Source: Nannocystis bainbridge | GTDB taxonomy: Bacteria; Myxococcota_A; Polyangia; Nannocystales; Nannocystaceae | Reading direction: 5' to 3' | Length of the DNA stretch: 64,000 nucleotides | Assembly: GCF_028368995.1 (NCBI RefSeq) | Contig: NZ_JAQNDL010000001.1 | Coordinates: 3,680,001-3,744,000 of the forward strand | In this document: one piece after another, positions 1-10,462 of the stretch | Position numbering within the stretch: position 1 is the stretch's first letter | Layout of the letters: each line of letters starts with the position of its first letter | Made by a program: the position numbers and the translations under genes | Notes under the pieces: model-generated | Told to the model about the DNA's origin: nothing | What the model saw: the letters and a program-made list of their open reading frames with translations, nothing else | The model's database searches: none

Positions 1-120
1 CCCACGCTCCAGTTCGACCTCTACTTCTGGGTCATGCTGATCGCCGGCACCGCGATCGCCGGCGCCGTCATCTCGGCCGCGACCGAGCGGCCGTGGTACG
101 CCCGCCGCGGCCCGCGCTGA
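1..120 (+). CDS. 3' end of a membrane protein (partial)
   Basis: Frame 1 is open from the window edge: PTLQFDLYFWVMLIAGTAIAGAVISAATERPWYARRGPR*, hydrophobic with GC3-rich codons. Confidence 0.6.
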   Translation, partial: PTLQFDLYFWVMLIAGTAIAGAVISAATERPWYARRGPR

Positions 121-123
121 CGC

Positions 124-179
124 TGTCCTTTACACCATGTCCCATCGCGCATGTCCCCGCGGACATACCCCAAGAGTCA
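124..179. repeat. Array of four 14-bp TGTCC-N4-GGACA-like units
   Basis: tgtcctttacacca|tgtcccatcgcgca|tgtccccgcggaca|taccccaagagtca fills the gap between two convergent stop codons. Confidence 0.7.
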
Positions 180-764
180 CCCGCGCGGCTCGATCGCCCG
201 CCAGAACAGCTCGACGATCTGCTCGCGATAGTTCGGGTCGAGCTCCGGCGCCGCCGCGCCGAGGGCGTGGCGCATGAAGTGGGGCACCTGCAGGCTCGAG
301 CCGAACGCCGTCGCCAGCGAGCTCGGCGACGGCGCGACGATCCGGCCCGCGTCCGCCAGCTGGGTGAACCACGCCACCACGGCGCGGTGCGAACGCAGCC
401 CTGGCCAGCCCTCCTTCTCCCAGTTGAGCACCTTCGAAGGCTGGGTCTTGGCCGCCGACAGCACCGAGATGCACGGCATCTGCTGGACCAGGAACGCGTC
501 CATCTTGGCCGCCAGCTCGTGCAGCTGCTCGAGCACCGGCCGCTCGTCGGGGCCCTTCTCGAGGTCGGCGACCCAGGGCGGGCTGCGGGGGATCAGCGCC
601 CGCACCATCAGCTCTTGCTTGGTCCGGAACCGCTTGAACAGCGCCGCCTGCGACACCCCGAGCTCCTGGGCGATCACGTCCGTCGACACGCTCGGGCCGT
701 GCTCGAGGAAACACCGACGCGCGGTGTCGAGGAGCTCATCGTCGCTGAAAGAACGCGGTCGCAT
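177..764 (-). CDS. TetR/AcrR family transcriptional regulator
   Basis: N-terminal HTH (FSDDELLDTARRCFLEHG..STDVIAQELGVSQAALFKRFRTKQEL); divergent from the RND operon; start chosen at ATG 764. Confidence 0.92.
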   Translation of the reverse strand: MRPRSFSDDELLDTARRCFLEHGPSVSTDVIAQELGVSQAALFKRFRTKQELMVRALIPRSPPWVADLEKGPDERPVLEQLHELAAKMDAFLVQQMPCISVLSAAKTQPSKVLNWEKEGWPGLRSHRAVVAWFTQLADAGRIVAPSPSSLATAFGSSLQVPHFMRHALGAAAPELDPNYREQIVELFWRAIEPRG

Positions 765-957
765 CGCCGATTGGAGGGTGCCACCTTCTGAATAACACGC
801 CACCCTCTCCAATCACCGGACGCTCACACCTGCGCGCCCGCCGCCGCGCGTGTGGACGCGCTCGCTTCCGGACGGTCGCCCGGCCCGCTGCCGGACCCAG
901 CTCGATTCCGCACATCCCGAATTTCGGCTCCTGAGCGGTGCTAGCCCGGCAAATTCA

Positions 958-1031
958 AAGTAAGTGATTGCTCATTTATTTTTCTTGCGCCCGCCCGGGC
1001 CCCGAGTTAGAACGTGCTCACTCACTAACTA
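958..1031 (+). promoter_or_regulatory. Putative sigma70 promoter and TetR operator of the RND operon
   Basis: AT-rich patch; TTGCGC(985)-17 nt-TAGAAC(1008); imperfect inverted repeats taagtga-ttgc-tcattta and agttag..ctaact. Confidence 0.4.
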
Positions 1032-1185
1032 AATGCCCCAAAAGGCGCGCGTTCACGCCTGCCTGAAATCGCCGGACAATGTCATCACCTGTGATGATAC
1101 GACCCTGGTCGATGCATTTATGGCGCGTGCGAATGGCACGCGTGCGGACAATCGAAGCTACTCACATTCCGAGGCGGCCCCAGCA

Positions 1186-2184
1186 ATGACACCCGTGCAC
1201 CTCTCACGCCTGCTCCTCGGGGCGGCGCTGCTCATCCCCTTCGCGTGCGACAGCGGCGACCAGCCGAAGATCGGTCTCCCCCCGGCGCGCGCGGCCGACG
1301 GCGCTGACGCCCCCAAGGTCCCGGGTCCCCCGCCGCGGCCCGAGCAGGGGCCCGCCGCCGCTGCGCCGACCGCCAGCGCCGCCGGCCGCTACGTCGCCAC
1401 CGCCCTGCCCAAGCACAGCGCCGACCTCAGCCCGCGCATGAGCGGCACCCTCACCGACGTGATGGTGGAGGAGGGCGAGCGGGTCAAGAAGGGTCAATTG
1501 CTGTTCCGCCTCGACGCCCGCGCCAGCCGCCTCGGCATCGCCCAGGCCGAGGCCTCGCTGCAGGGCGCCACCATCCAGCGGGACAACGCCCAGCGCGAGC
1601 TCGAGCGCCAGCAACGCCTGGCCCAGTCCGGCACCATCTCCGCCGCCGTGCTCGAGCGGGCCGAGGCCACCTTCACCAGCGCCAGCAACGGCATCAGCCA
1701 GGCCGAGGTCGCCCTGTCGATGGCCAAGCGCAACAGCGGCGACTCCACCGTGTCGTCGCCGATCGACGGCGTCGTCACCAAGAAGGCCAAGCACGTCGGC
1801 GAGTCGGTGACGATGATGCCGCCGACCGTCGTGATGGTCGTCCAGGACCAGTCCGTCATCGAGCTGCGCGCGCGCATCCCCGAGGCCGCGCTCAAGACCA
1901 TCCGCGAGGGTCAGACGATCACCGCCCACTTCAGCGCGCTCGAGCTGGCCCGCAGCGCCACCGTCGTGCGCATCCAGCCGACCGTCGACGCCCAGACCCG
2001 CACCATCGAGATCGTCGCCGACGTCGCCAACGCCGACAACCTGCTGCGCCCCGGCATGTACGTCGAGGTCGAGCTGACCCCGCCGGCCGCCGAGGTCGCC
2101 GCCGCCCCGGCCGCGGCCGGCAAGGAGCAACCCGTCGCCAGCGCCAAGCGCAAGCGGTCGCCGACCGCGGGGGCCAAGCTGTGA
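1186..2184 (+). CDS. RND efflux periplasmic adaptor (MFP) lipoprotein
   Basis: Lipobox-like IPFAC; lipoyl-like SGTLTDVMVEEGERVKKGQLL; SPIDGVV; LRPGMYVEV; GTGA overlap with next gene. Confidence 0.93.
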   Translation: MTPVHLSRLLLGAALLIPFACDSGDQPKIGLPPARAADGADAPKVPGPPPRPEQGPAAAAPTASAAGRYVATALPKHSADLSPRMSGTLTDVMVEEGERVKKGQLLFRLDARASRLGIAQAEASLQGATIQRDNAQRELERQQRLAQSGTISAAVLERAEATFTSASNGISQAEVALSMAKRNSGDSTVSSPIDGVVTKKAKHVGESVTMMPPTVVMVVQDQSVIELRARIPEAALKTIREGQTITAHFSALELARSATVVRIQPTVDAQTRTIEIVADVANADNLLRPGMYVEVELTPPAAEVAAAPAAAGKEQPVASAKRKRSPTAGAKL

Positions 2185-5100
2185 AGCTCGCCGAAATTTC
2201 GATCAAACAGCCCGTGTTCGCGGCGATGCTGATCGCCGCGCTCATGGTGTTCGGCCTCTACGCGCTGCCGCGCATCGGGGTCGAGATGTTCCCCAGCGTC
2301 GAGTTCCCGGTCGTGACGACCACCGTCGTCTACCCGGGCGCCGACCCGGCGACCATGGAGTCCAAGGTCGCCGACCCGATCGAGGAGGCGCTGCAGTCGC
2401 TGAGCGGCGTCAAGCGCATGACCTCGCGCAACTACGAGGGCGTCACCGCGGTGATCCTCGAGTTCGAGCTCGAGGTCAACGGCGACCAGGCCGTGCAGGA
2501 CGTCCGCGACAAGGTCGCCGCGATCGAGCGCGAGCTGCCGAACGGCATCGACCCGCCGACGGTGCAGAAGCTCGACGTCGGCGCCACCCCGGTGCTCTCG
2601 GTCGCCCTCGCCGGCCAGCTGCCGATCGGCGAGCTGACGCGCATCGCCAAGGACGAGGTCAAGCAGCGCATCCAGCAGATCCCCGGCGTCGGCATCGTCG
2701 ACGTCATCGGCGGCCGCGAGCGCGAGATCAAGGTCCTCGTCAACCCGGCGCGCATGACCGGCTTCGGCCTCACCGTCGACGACGTCATCAACGCCATCAA
2801 GGCCGGCAACCTCGAGCTGCCCGCCGGCTACATCAAGAGCGGCGGCAACGAGCTCACGATCAAGACCAAGGGCGAGATCAAGAGCGCCGGCGAGATCGGC
2901 GACATCGTCATCGTCGGGGTCGGCGGCGCCGCGATCCGCGTCAAGGACTGCGCCGAGGTGCTCGACGACGTCGAGGACGCCCGCTCCGCCTCCTACCTCG
3001 ACGGCAACGCCGCCATCGGCCTCATCGTCCGCAAGCAGAGCGGCGCCAACGTCGTCTCGCTGGCCGAACGGATCCGCGAGGAGCTGGTCGAGATGGAGCC
3101 GCTGCTGAGCAAGCACGGCATCACCGCGGCGATCCCGACCGACAACTCGGTGTTCACCGAGCACGCGATCCACGACGTGCAGTTCGACCTCGCCCTCGGC
3201 GCGGCGCTGACCGTCCTCTTGATCCTCATCTTCCTCCACGACTTCCGCGCGACCTTCATCGCCGCGGTGGCGATCCCCACCAGCATCGTCGCGACCTTCG
3301 CGTTCATGAGCTACCTGGGGTTCACCTTCAACAACATCTCGATGTTGGCCCTGTCGCTGTCGATCGGCATCCTCGTCGACGACGCGATCGTGGTCATCGA
3401 GAACATCTACCGCCACCTCGAGATGGGCAAGGGCCGCATGCGCGCGGCCCTCGACGCGACGTCGGAGATCGGCCTCGCCGTCATCGCCACCACCCTCTCG
3501 CTGGTCGCCGTGTTCGTGCCGGTCGCCTTCATGAAGGGCATCATCGGCCGCTTCTTCTTCCAGTTCGGTATCACCGTCTCGGTCGCCGTGCTGCTGTCGA
3601 TGCTGGTCTCCTTCACCCTCACGCCGATGCTGTCGTCGGTGCTGATGCGCCACGGCCACGAGCACCAGCCCGGCTGGTTCGCCCGCACCTTCAACCGCGC
3701 CTTTGGCGGGTTCGAGCGGGTGTACACCGCCATCCTCGGCTGGGCCCTGCGCTGGCCGTGGACCACCGTGCTGCTGGCCGTGCTCTCGCTGGTCGGCTCG
3801 GTCGCCCTCGTCACCCGCGTGCCCGGCGAGTTCATGCCGAGTCAGGACCGCTCGCAGTTCGCCGTCCAGGTCGAGCTGCCGACCGGCACCGGCCTCGAGG
3901 CCACCATCACCACCGCCGAGGCCGTCGCCGCCGACCTGCGCGAGCACCTGCCCGGCGTCAAGACCACCTTCACCACCATCGGCGGCGGCCAGCAGGCCCA
4001 GGTCAACAAGGCCGAGATCCAGGTCATCCTCATCGGCCGCCACGACCGCGGCTTCGGCCAGCGCGACGCCATGCAATGGGTCCGCGACCGCATGACCGGC
4101 ATCGACGGCGTCCAGGTCACCGTCGCCGAGATCAACGCGCTCGGCGGCGACGGCGGCCGCAGCCAGCCGATCCAGTTCTCGATCCGCGGCAACGACCTCG
4201 CCGAGCTCACCGCCGCCGCCACCGCCCTGCGTGACGAGCTGGCCCAGACCGGCAAGTTCGTCGACCTCGACGTCACCTTCCGCGGCGGCAAGCCCGAGCT
4301 CGCCGTCCACGTCGACCGCAACAAGGCCGCCGACCTCGGCGTCCCGATCGCCTCTGTCGCCCGCACCATCCGCTCGCTCATGGCCGGCGACACCATCTCC
4401 GACCTCAAGGACGGCTCCGACATCTACGACGTGATCGTGCAGATGCCCGAGGCGCAGCGGACCCAGATCGAGGCGCTCAGCAACCTCAAGGTCCGCGCCA
4501 CCACCGGGCAGATGATCGACCTCGCCAGCCTGGTCTCGGTCGAGCGCGAGTCGGGCCCCAGCGAGATCGAGCGCCAGAACCGCCAGCGCCAGGTGCTGCT
4601 GCTGGCCAACCTGCGCGACGCCACCCTCGGCGAGGCCCAGCAGATCCTCGACGAGGCCGCCGCCCGCGTCATCCCGGGCCACCTCAGCACCGGCTACATC
4701 GGCAACGCCGAGATGATGAAGGAGTCGTTCGAGGCGATGCTGCTCGCGCTCGGCCTGGCGATCGTGCTCGTCTACATGATCCTCGCCGCCCAGTTCAACA
4801 GCTTCGTCCAGCCGGTCGTCATCATGATCTCGCTGCCGCTGTCGGTCATCGGCGCCTTCGGCGGGATCTACCTCGCCGGCATGACCCTCAACGTGTTCTC
4901 GTTCATCGGCCTCATCATGCTGATGGGCCTCGTCACCAAGACCGCGATCCTCCTGGTCGACTTCGCCAACGACGAGCGCAAGCGCGGGCAGGAGATCGTG
5001 CCCGCCCTCGTCAACGCCGGCCGCGTCCGCCTGCGCCCGATCGTCATGACCGCCGCCGCCACCATCTTCGGCATGGTCCCCGTCGCCCTGGCCCTCGGCG

Positions 5101-5285
5101 AGGGCGGCGAGGCTCGCGCGCCGATGGCCGTCATCGTCATCGGCGGCATGATCACCTCGACGGTCCTCACCCTCGTCGTCGTCCCGGTCTCCTACCTCCT
5201 GTTCGACCGCATGGTGACCGCCCGCTCGACCCGCTGGATCGCCCGCAAGCTGTTCGGCGACGCCCCGGCCGAGTCGCTCGACTAG
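2181..5285 (+). CDS. RND efflux transporter permease (AcrB/AcrD/AcrF family)
   Basis: 1034 aa; [14 protein letters not shown]; RLRPIVMT; two TM clusters separated by large periplasmic loops. Confidence 0.97.
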   Translation: MKLAEISIKQPVFAAMLIAALMVFGLYALPRIGVEMFPSVEFPVVTTTVVYPGADPATMESKVADPIEEALQSLSGVKRMTSRNYEGVTAVILEFELEVNGDQAVQDVRDKVAAIERELPNGIDPPTVQKLDVGATPVLSVALAGQLPIGELTRIAKDEVKQRIQQIPGVGIVDVIGGREREIKVLVNPARMTGFGLTVDDVINAIKAGNLELPAGYIKSGGNELTIKTKGEIKSAGEIGDIVIVGVGGAAIRVKDCAEVLDDVEDARSASYLDGNAAIGLIVRKQSGANVVSLAERIREELVEMEPLLSKHGITAAIPTDNSVFTEHAIHDVQFDLALGAALTVLLILIFLHDFRATFIAAVAIPTSIVATFAFMSYLGFTFNNISMLALSLSIGILVDDAIVVIENIYRHLEMGKGRMRAALDATSEIGLAVIATTLSLVAVFVPVAFMKGIIGRFFFQFGITVSVAVLLSMLVSFTLTPMLSSVLMRHGHEHQPGWFARTFNRAFGGFERVYTAILGWALRWPWTTVLLAVLSLVGSVALVTRVPGEFMPSQDRSQFAVQVELPTGTGLEATITTAEAVAADLREHLPGVKTTFTTIGGGQQAQVNKAEIQVILIGRHDRGFGQRDAMQWVRDRMTGIDGVQVTVAEINALGGDGGRSQPIQFSIRGNDLAELTAAATALRDELAQTGKFVDLDVTFRGGKPELAVHVDRNKAADLGVPIASVARTIRSLMAGDTISDLKDGSDIYDVIVQMPEAQRTQIEALSNLKVRATTGQMIDLASLVSVERESGPSEIERQNRQRQVLLLANLRDATLGEAQQILDEAAARVIPGHLSTGYIGNAEMMKESFEAMLLALGLAIVLVYMILAAQFNSFVQPVVIMISLPLSVIGAFGGIYLAGMTLNVFSFIGLIMLMGLVTKTAILLVDFANDERKRGQEIVPALVNAGRVRLRPIVMTAAATIFGMVPVALALGEGGEARAPMAVIVIGGMITSTVLTLVVVPVSYLLFDRMVTARSTRWIARKLFGDAPAESLD

Positions 5286-5295
5286 CAGGTACGAC

Positions 5296-5328
5296 ATGGC
5301 CTTCGGGACATGCTGTCCCGAAGGCCAT
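5296..5328. repeat. Perfect 15-bp inverted repeat made of two palindrome-like units
   Basis: atggccttcgggaca-tgc-tgtcccgaaggccat, just after the RND permease stop. Confidence 0.75.
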
Positions 5329-5429
5329 CCGCCGTCGCAGCCGCGACGGTCCTCTCGAAAATCTCACACTGTCACTTTGGCCCATCCAGGCGCCGCCCGT
5401 CGCGGCGGCGCCAGATCGAGCACTGCCGC

Positions 5430-6992
5430 ATGATCGCCATCGCCTCCCTCTTCGTGGTCGCCCTCGCCGCTCCGCCCGTCGACGCCGGCCCCGTGCCCGA
5501 CCCGCGCCGCGCCGCTGGCGTCGACTCGGCCGCCTCCCGGACCGTCGCCGTCGATGTCGCCGAGCTCGAGCAGATCCTGCGCGCGGGCCCGCTCGGCAAG
5601 GGCCTCGCCCCGGTGGCCGGCGGGCTCACCGACGACGCCGTCGCCGAGCGAGCGATCGCCGTGTCGCCGTCGCTGGCGATCAAGCAGGAGGCGATCGAGC
5701 GCGCCGCGGCCCGCGTCGACCAGGCGATCGTCAGCTTCTTGCCGACGCTCGGGGTCAAGGCCAGCTACTCGCGGCTGTCCAAGGCCGCGATCAACTTCGG
5801 CGGCGGCGCCAGCGTGGCCGCCGTCAACGGCCCGTCCGAGGGCGTCGCCCCGATCGTCGTCGGCGACTGCCCCGGCGGCGGGGGCCAGTGCGCGCTCGAT
5901 CCGGCCGGCGTGCCGCTCGTCATCACTCCGCCGTTCAAGATCCAGATCCCGCTCAACTCCTACTCGCTGTCGGCCAACCTCTCGGTCCCGATCTCCGACT
6001 ACATCCTCTCGCTCGCGCCCGCCCGCAAGGGCACCCTCGCCGCGCGCGAGTCGGCCGTGTTCGCCCGCGACGCCGAGCGCGTCAAGGTCCAGACCGACGC
6101 CCGCCTCGCCTATTACAACTGGCTGCGCGGCGTCGCCTCGCTGGTCGTCATCGAGGACTCGCTGCAGCGGACCCAGTCGCGCCTCGTCGACGCCGAGAAC
6201 CTGTTCGCCGCCGGCTCCGCCACCCGCTCCGACGTGCTCCGCGTCGACGCCCTCGTGTCGTCGCAGCAGGCCGCGATCGCCGACGCCCGCGCCTTCCGCA
6301 AGATCGCCGAGCGCAACCTCGCCGTCATGATGAACGAGCCGACCCGCGCCTACGACGTCGGCGAGGACATCCTCGCCCCGCCGCGCGACCTCGGCGAGCT
6401 GCCCACGGTCGACGACCTCATCGCCGAGGCCCAGGACAACCGCCTCGAGGTCCGCTCGCTCGAGCGCGCCGTCGACGGCACCCATCAGAACATCCGCGCC
6501 ACCCGGGCCGGCTACTACCCGCGCCTCGACGCCTTCGCCGACGCCCTGTACGCCAACCCCAACCAGCGGTTCTTCCCGCTGTCGCCCGTGTGGCGGGCCT
6601 CGTGGTCGGTCGGCGTGCAGCTCAGCTACACCATCAACCAGAGCCTGCGCACCAAGGCCCAGGTCCGCGAGCTCAAGACCAACAAGCGCGAGCTCGAGCT
6701 GCAGGCCGAGCAGTTGCGGCGCGCGATCGCCATCGAGGTCGCGCAGGCCTTCCACGACCGCGAGCGCGCCATCGCCGGGATCGAGCTCAGCACCCGCGGC
6801 CTGGCCTCGTCGGTCGAGGCCTACCGCGTCGCCAGCGAGAACTACAAGCAGGGCGCCGCGACCACCAACGAGATCATCGCCGCCGAGGGCGAGCAGGTGC
6901 AGGCGGCCCTGCGCGCCGTCAATTCGCGCATCGACCTCCACGTCGCCACCACCCGCCTGCTGTACGCGACCGGCCGCCTCAACCCGAAGTGA
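5430..6992 (+). CDS. TolC family outer membrane efflux protein
   Basis: Signal peptide; AIVSFLPTLGVKASYS and AGYYPRLDAFA repeats; YKQGAAT; follows MFP and RND. Confidence 0.9.
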   Translation: MIAIASLFVVALAAPPVDAGPVPDPRRAAGVDSAASRTVAVDVAELEQILRAGPLGKGLAPVAGGLTDDAVAERAIAVSPSLAIKQEAIERAAARVDQAIVSFLPTLGVKASYSRLSKAAINFGGGASVAAVNGPSEGVAPIVVGDCPGGGGQCALDPAGVPLVITPPFKIQIPLNSYSLSANLSVPISDYILSLAPARKGTLAARESAVFARDAERVKVQTDARLAYYNWLRGVASLVVIEDSLQRTQSRLVDAENLFAAGSATRSDVLRVDALVSSQQAAIADARAFRKIAERNLAVMMNEPTRAYDVGEDILAPPRDLGELPTVDDLIAEAQDNRLEVRSLERAVDGTHQNIRATRAGYYPRLDAFADALYANPNQRFFPLSPVWRASWSVGVQLSYTINQSLRTKAQVRELKTNKRELELQAEQLRRAIAIEVAQAFHDRERAIAGIELSTRGLASSVEAYRVASENYKQGAATTNEIIAAEGEQVQAALRAVNSRIDLHVATTRLLYATGRLNPK

Positions 6993-7003
6993 GCGCCCGT
7001 GTT

Positions 7004-8167
7004 ATGCATCGGCGTGACATGACCGGCGCCGACGACGACCCACGCGACGACGAGGACGACGAGGACGACGACGCCGACGAGCCGCCGCCCCCGCCCCCGG
7101 ACTTCACGCGCGAGCAGTTCCTCGAGTGGCGCTCGCCGCGATACGGCGCCGCCAACCCCGAGCGTCTTACCAATCCGGTGTGGACCTGGCTCGTGCGGGC
7201 CGGCGTCAACGCCTGGAGCGTCACCCGGCAATTCGACGGCCCCTCGGCCCTCGCGGCCGGCCCCGGCTGGTGCTTCGAGCGCTTCGGTCGCAGCACCACC
7301 GAGCTGCCCGACGGGCGCCAGATCCTCGTCGCCGGCGAGCACGAGGACTACTACGACCCCGACTTCTTCATCTACAACGACGTCGTCGTCCGCCACCCCG
7401 ACGGTCGCATCGACATCTTCGGTTACCCGCGCGACGTGTTCCCGCCGACCGACGGCCACTCGGCCACGCGCGTCGGCGACCGCATCATCCTCATCGGCAG
7501 CATCGGCTACCAGAACGAGCGCCGGCCCGGCCACACGCAGGTGCTCGCGCTCGACCTCGGGACCTTCGCCATCACCACCATCCCCACCGGCGGCGAGATG
7601 CCCGGGTGGATTCACGGCCACGGCGCCGCGCTGACCGACGACGGCCGCGCGATCGTGGTCCAGCGCGGCAAGCTCGAGCTCGGCGGTGACACCTCCCTCG
7701 TCGAGAACATCGACGACTGGCGGCTCGACCTCGACACCTGGCAGTGGCAGCGCCTCACCGATCGCCGCTGGCCTCGCTTCGAGCTCCACCGCGAAGACCG
7801 TCAGCGCAATCACCTGTGGGATCTGCGGCAAGCCTGCTGGTATCGCGAAGTCGGCTGGGGCGACCAGCTCGCGGAGCAGCTCGAGAAGCTCGACACGGCG
7901 CTCGGAGCCCCGCCCGACCTCGACCTCGCCGGGCAGCTGTTCCGCCCGTCCATCGCCCACGAGGTGCTCAAGGACGACGACGACGCGTACAACACCGTCC
8001 GCGTCCGCGTCGACGGCGTGGTCGTGCGCTTCGTCGACAACGGCCATTCGTTGCAGATGACCGTCGAGGGCGAGCTCCCCGAAGCCACGGTCCGAGCGAT
8101 CGCCGACGAGCTGCGGGCCAAGCTCGAGCTGCTCGAGCGGACGTCCTATACCTCGAAGCGGCTGTGA
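7004..8167 (+). CDS. Hypothetical protein with Kelch-like repeats
   Basis: WCFERFGRSTTELPDGRQILVAGEHEDYYDPDF; HSATRVGDRIILIG; acidic/Pro-rich N-terminus; distal part of the 5888-8167 ORF. Confidence 0.7.
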   Translation: MHRRDMTGADDDPRDDEDDEDDDADEPPPPPPDFTREQFLEWRSPRYGAANPERLTNPVWTWLVRAGVNAWSVTRQFDGPSALAAGPGWCFERFGRSTTELPDGRQILVAGEHEDYYDPDFFIYNDVVVRHPDGRIDIFGYPRDVFPPTDGHSATRVGDRIILIGSIGYQNERRPGHTQVLALDLGTFAITTIPTGGEMPGWIHGHGAALTDDGRAIVVQRGKLELGGDTSLVENIDDWRLDLDTWQWQRLTDRRWPRFELHREDRQRNHLWDLRQACWYREVGWGDQLAEQLEKLDTALGAPPDLDLAGQLFRPSIAHEVLKDDDDAYNTVRVRVDGVVVRFVDNGHSLQMTVEGELPEATVRAIADELRAKLELLERTSYTSKRL

Positions 8168-8323
8168 TTCACGCCGGCGCTGTCGCCCTTCCTCCGACAT
8201 CGCCGGCCGTGAACCACGCATCCTGGTGCGGCCTGCAAAATTTCGTGCGTCGCGGCGGCTCCCGATGACCGGAAGCGGCGGGAGCCTGCACTACCTCCCA
8301 GGTCCCTCGTCGGCCCCGGGCTC

Positions 8324-8881
8324 GTGATGACGTCGCCACGCTCTTCTTCCACCACCAACGCGAGCGCCTGGCTGGCGCTGCGCGACTACCTCGCCGACGC
8401 CTACAACAATCAGGACATGCGGCTCCTGCTCGAGCTGACGCTGCTCGCCGAGGCGGGTTCGCGGCTGCCGGACGAGCGGGTCTCGCCGCACGAGTTCGCC
8501 CACAACCTCTGCAGCCTCATCCAGCGCCACTCCGGCTACCCGGTGCCGGAGTTCTGGAAGCAGCTGGCCGACGACAGGCCCCTGCGCGCCCCCGAGGTCT
8601 ACAAGCTGCGCACGATCTTCGAGGCGGCCATGGCCGCTTCGGGTCGGCCCCCGCCGCCCCCGCCGAAGCCGCCCCGTCGCCGTCCGTTCACCGCGCCGCC
8701 GCTGCTCACCGCCGCTCTGATCACCGCCATCGGCGCCGGCACGGCCTACTGCGCCGCGACCCGCAACGGCGACTCGCTGATCCCCAAGAGCACGATCATG
8801 TGCAACGACGGCACGCCCTCGCCGACCTGCACCGAGCCTCACGGCGGCTGCTGTTCGACCCACGGCGGCATCAAAAAATAG
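8324..8881 (+). CDS. Membrane protein: EAD-like helical N-domain, Pro linker, TM, Cys-rich DUF3761-like C-terminus
   Basis: LRDYLADAY..FWKQLADDRP N-domain; PPPPPPKPP; TM helix; CNDGTPSPTC..GCCSTHGG. Confidence 0.65.
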   Translation: MMTSPRSSSTTNASAWLALRDYLADAYNNQDMRLLLELTLLAEAGSRLPDERVSPHEFAHNLCSLIQRHSGYPVPEFWKQLADDRPLRAPEVYKLRTIFEAAMAASGRPPPPPPKPPRRRPFTAPPLLTAALITAIGAGTAYCAATRNGDSLIPKSTIMCNDGTPSPTCTEPHGGCCSTHGGIKK

Positions 8882-8952
8882 CCTGAACGACCTTACCGCT
8901 CGCGCGACGGCGCCGCGATCGCTCGCGGCGTCGTGATGGATCTCTGTTGCCC

Positions 8953-9525
8953 ATGCACGACCACGACCACGCCAACAGCCTCTCGATCGGCGGACCGAAC
9001 GGCATACGCATCTCCGCACCGGCAGCCCCTGCGCGTCGAACCTCGGACGCACCGACCCGCCTCGCCGACCCGCGCACCAGCGTCGCGGTCCAGCGCGGCC
9101 TGGCGGCGCACGGCCGGCTCATCGTCGGCGGCGTGGCGATCCTCGGCGGCGTCGTCCTCCTGTCGTGGCTCGCGCTCGTCAGCAGCCTCGCGCTTCCGGG
9201 CCTGTTGGTGCTGCCCGGCGTGGTCGCTGCCGCGGCGCTGTGGATCGCCGCCGCCGTGATCCACGTGATCGCGCGCGACAGCCGGCGCTCGCTCGCCGCG
9301 GCGCGCGAGCAGCGGATCCTCGCCCTCGCCGCGCGCACGCCCGGCCCGCTGACCGTCGTCGAGGTCGCGCGCGCGCTCGACCTCTCGCTCGCCGACGCCG
9401 AGGCCGCCCTGACCGCCATGAGCCGCGGCGGCCACATGGACGCCGACATCGACCTCGACAGCGGTCGACTCCAGTTCTCCCTCGCAGCCCGCCCCGCATC
9501 CCTCGCCCAGGACCTTCGCCCATGA
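8953..9525 (+). CDS. Two-TM protein with C-terminal winged-HTH-like segment
   Basis: Two hydrophobic helices, then EQRILALAARTPGPLTVVEVARALDLSLADAEAALTAM. Confidence 0.65.
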   Translation: MHDHDHANSLSIGGPNGIRISAPAAPARRTSDAPTRLADPRTSVAVQRGLAAHGRLIVGGVAILGGVVLLSWLALVSSLALPGLLVLPGVVAAAALWIAAAVIHVIARDSRRSLAAAREQRILALAARTPGPLTVVEVARALDLSLADAEAALTAMSRGGHMDADIDLDSGRLQFSLAARPASLAQDLRP

Positions 9526-10028
9526 ATCAACTATCGACCTTGCCGCCCCCGCGCTCGCCCGCCCCTGCTCCGCTCGCAACCCCGCCGGTGTTCGACCCGC
9601 GGTGGGCCCAGGCGATGCAGGCCGGCCCCGGCCAGCAACCCATGGCCTCTCCGCCTCAAGGCCAGGCGCAGGCGTTCGGCCAGCCCGGGGCCATGCCCGC
9701 CCAGAACATGATGTACCCGGCCCAGGGCTATCCGCAGCCGATCAACATCGTCGTCCAGAACACCAACACGATGACGCAGGGCCCGGCCGCCGGGGCGCTC
9801 GTGCGGGTCGCCGATCGCAACAAGTGGGTCGCCGCGCTCCTGGCCTTCTTCCTCGGCGGCTTCGGCATCCACAAGTTCTATCTCGGCCAGACCGGCATGG
9901 GCATCGTCTATCTGCTGTTCTTCTGGACGCTGATCCCGATGGTCATCAGCCTGATCGAGACCTTGCTGCTGGTCCTCGCCAGCCAGCGCGAGTTCGACGT
10001 GCGCTTCAACTCGCGGCTGGCGCGCTGA
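9522..10028 (+). CDS. TM2/NINE domain membrane protein
   Basis: RNKWVAALLAFFLGGFGIHKFYLGQTGMGIVYLLFFWT; ATGA overlap with the upstream gene. Confidence 0.9.
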   Translation: MNQLSTLPPPRSPAPAPLATPPVFDPRWAQAMQAGPGQQPMASPPQGQAQAFGQPGAMPAQNMMYPAQGYPQPINIVVQNTNTMTQGPAAGALVRVADRNKWVAALLAFFLGGFGIHKFYLGQTGMGIVYLLFFWTLIPMVISLIETLLLVLASQREFDVRFNSRLAR

Positions 10029-10462
10029 GCGTCGAGCGAGTCGTGCCTGTGGCTCGCAGCCGGGGCCGCGTCGCCGCGCTGCAGGCCGCACGGCCGGTGA
10101 TTTGAATGCGCCGACTCGGCGCGATTGGCGGGTCCGAGCAATCGCGCTCGCCGGCGGCGAATGTCCGCACCTCGCGCGCGTGACGGCGCCGTCACCTCGC
10201 GCCGGTCCCGCTCCTGCGGCGAACTCGGCTTTCGCCATCGGGGCCGCAGGCGCCCGCGAATGTGCACTGGGCGTGAACGCGCGCGCGGTCGGGCGAACTC
10301 GGCGTCGCTGCGCAGCATCGCCCACGCGCGGAAGCGTGCGCGCGCGGATCTTCGTGTCCGCGGGCGCAGCTTCGCATTCGAAGTCGCCGCGCAATCGCCC
10401 GTGTTGACGCCGTCTCGCCGCTCCACCTATCTTGCGAAACGAGGGCCTGAGGCCCCCGAGCG

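Noticed and set aside
10100-10400. Weak repeats (gcgaactcggc, gcgaatgt) upstream of vgrG
   Set aside because: Too short and irregular to distinguish from high-GC background.
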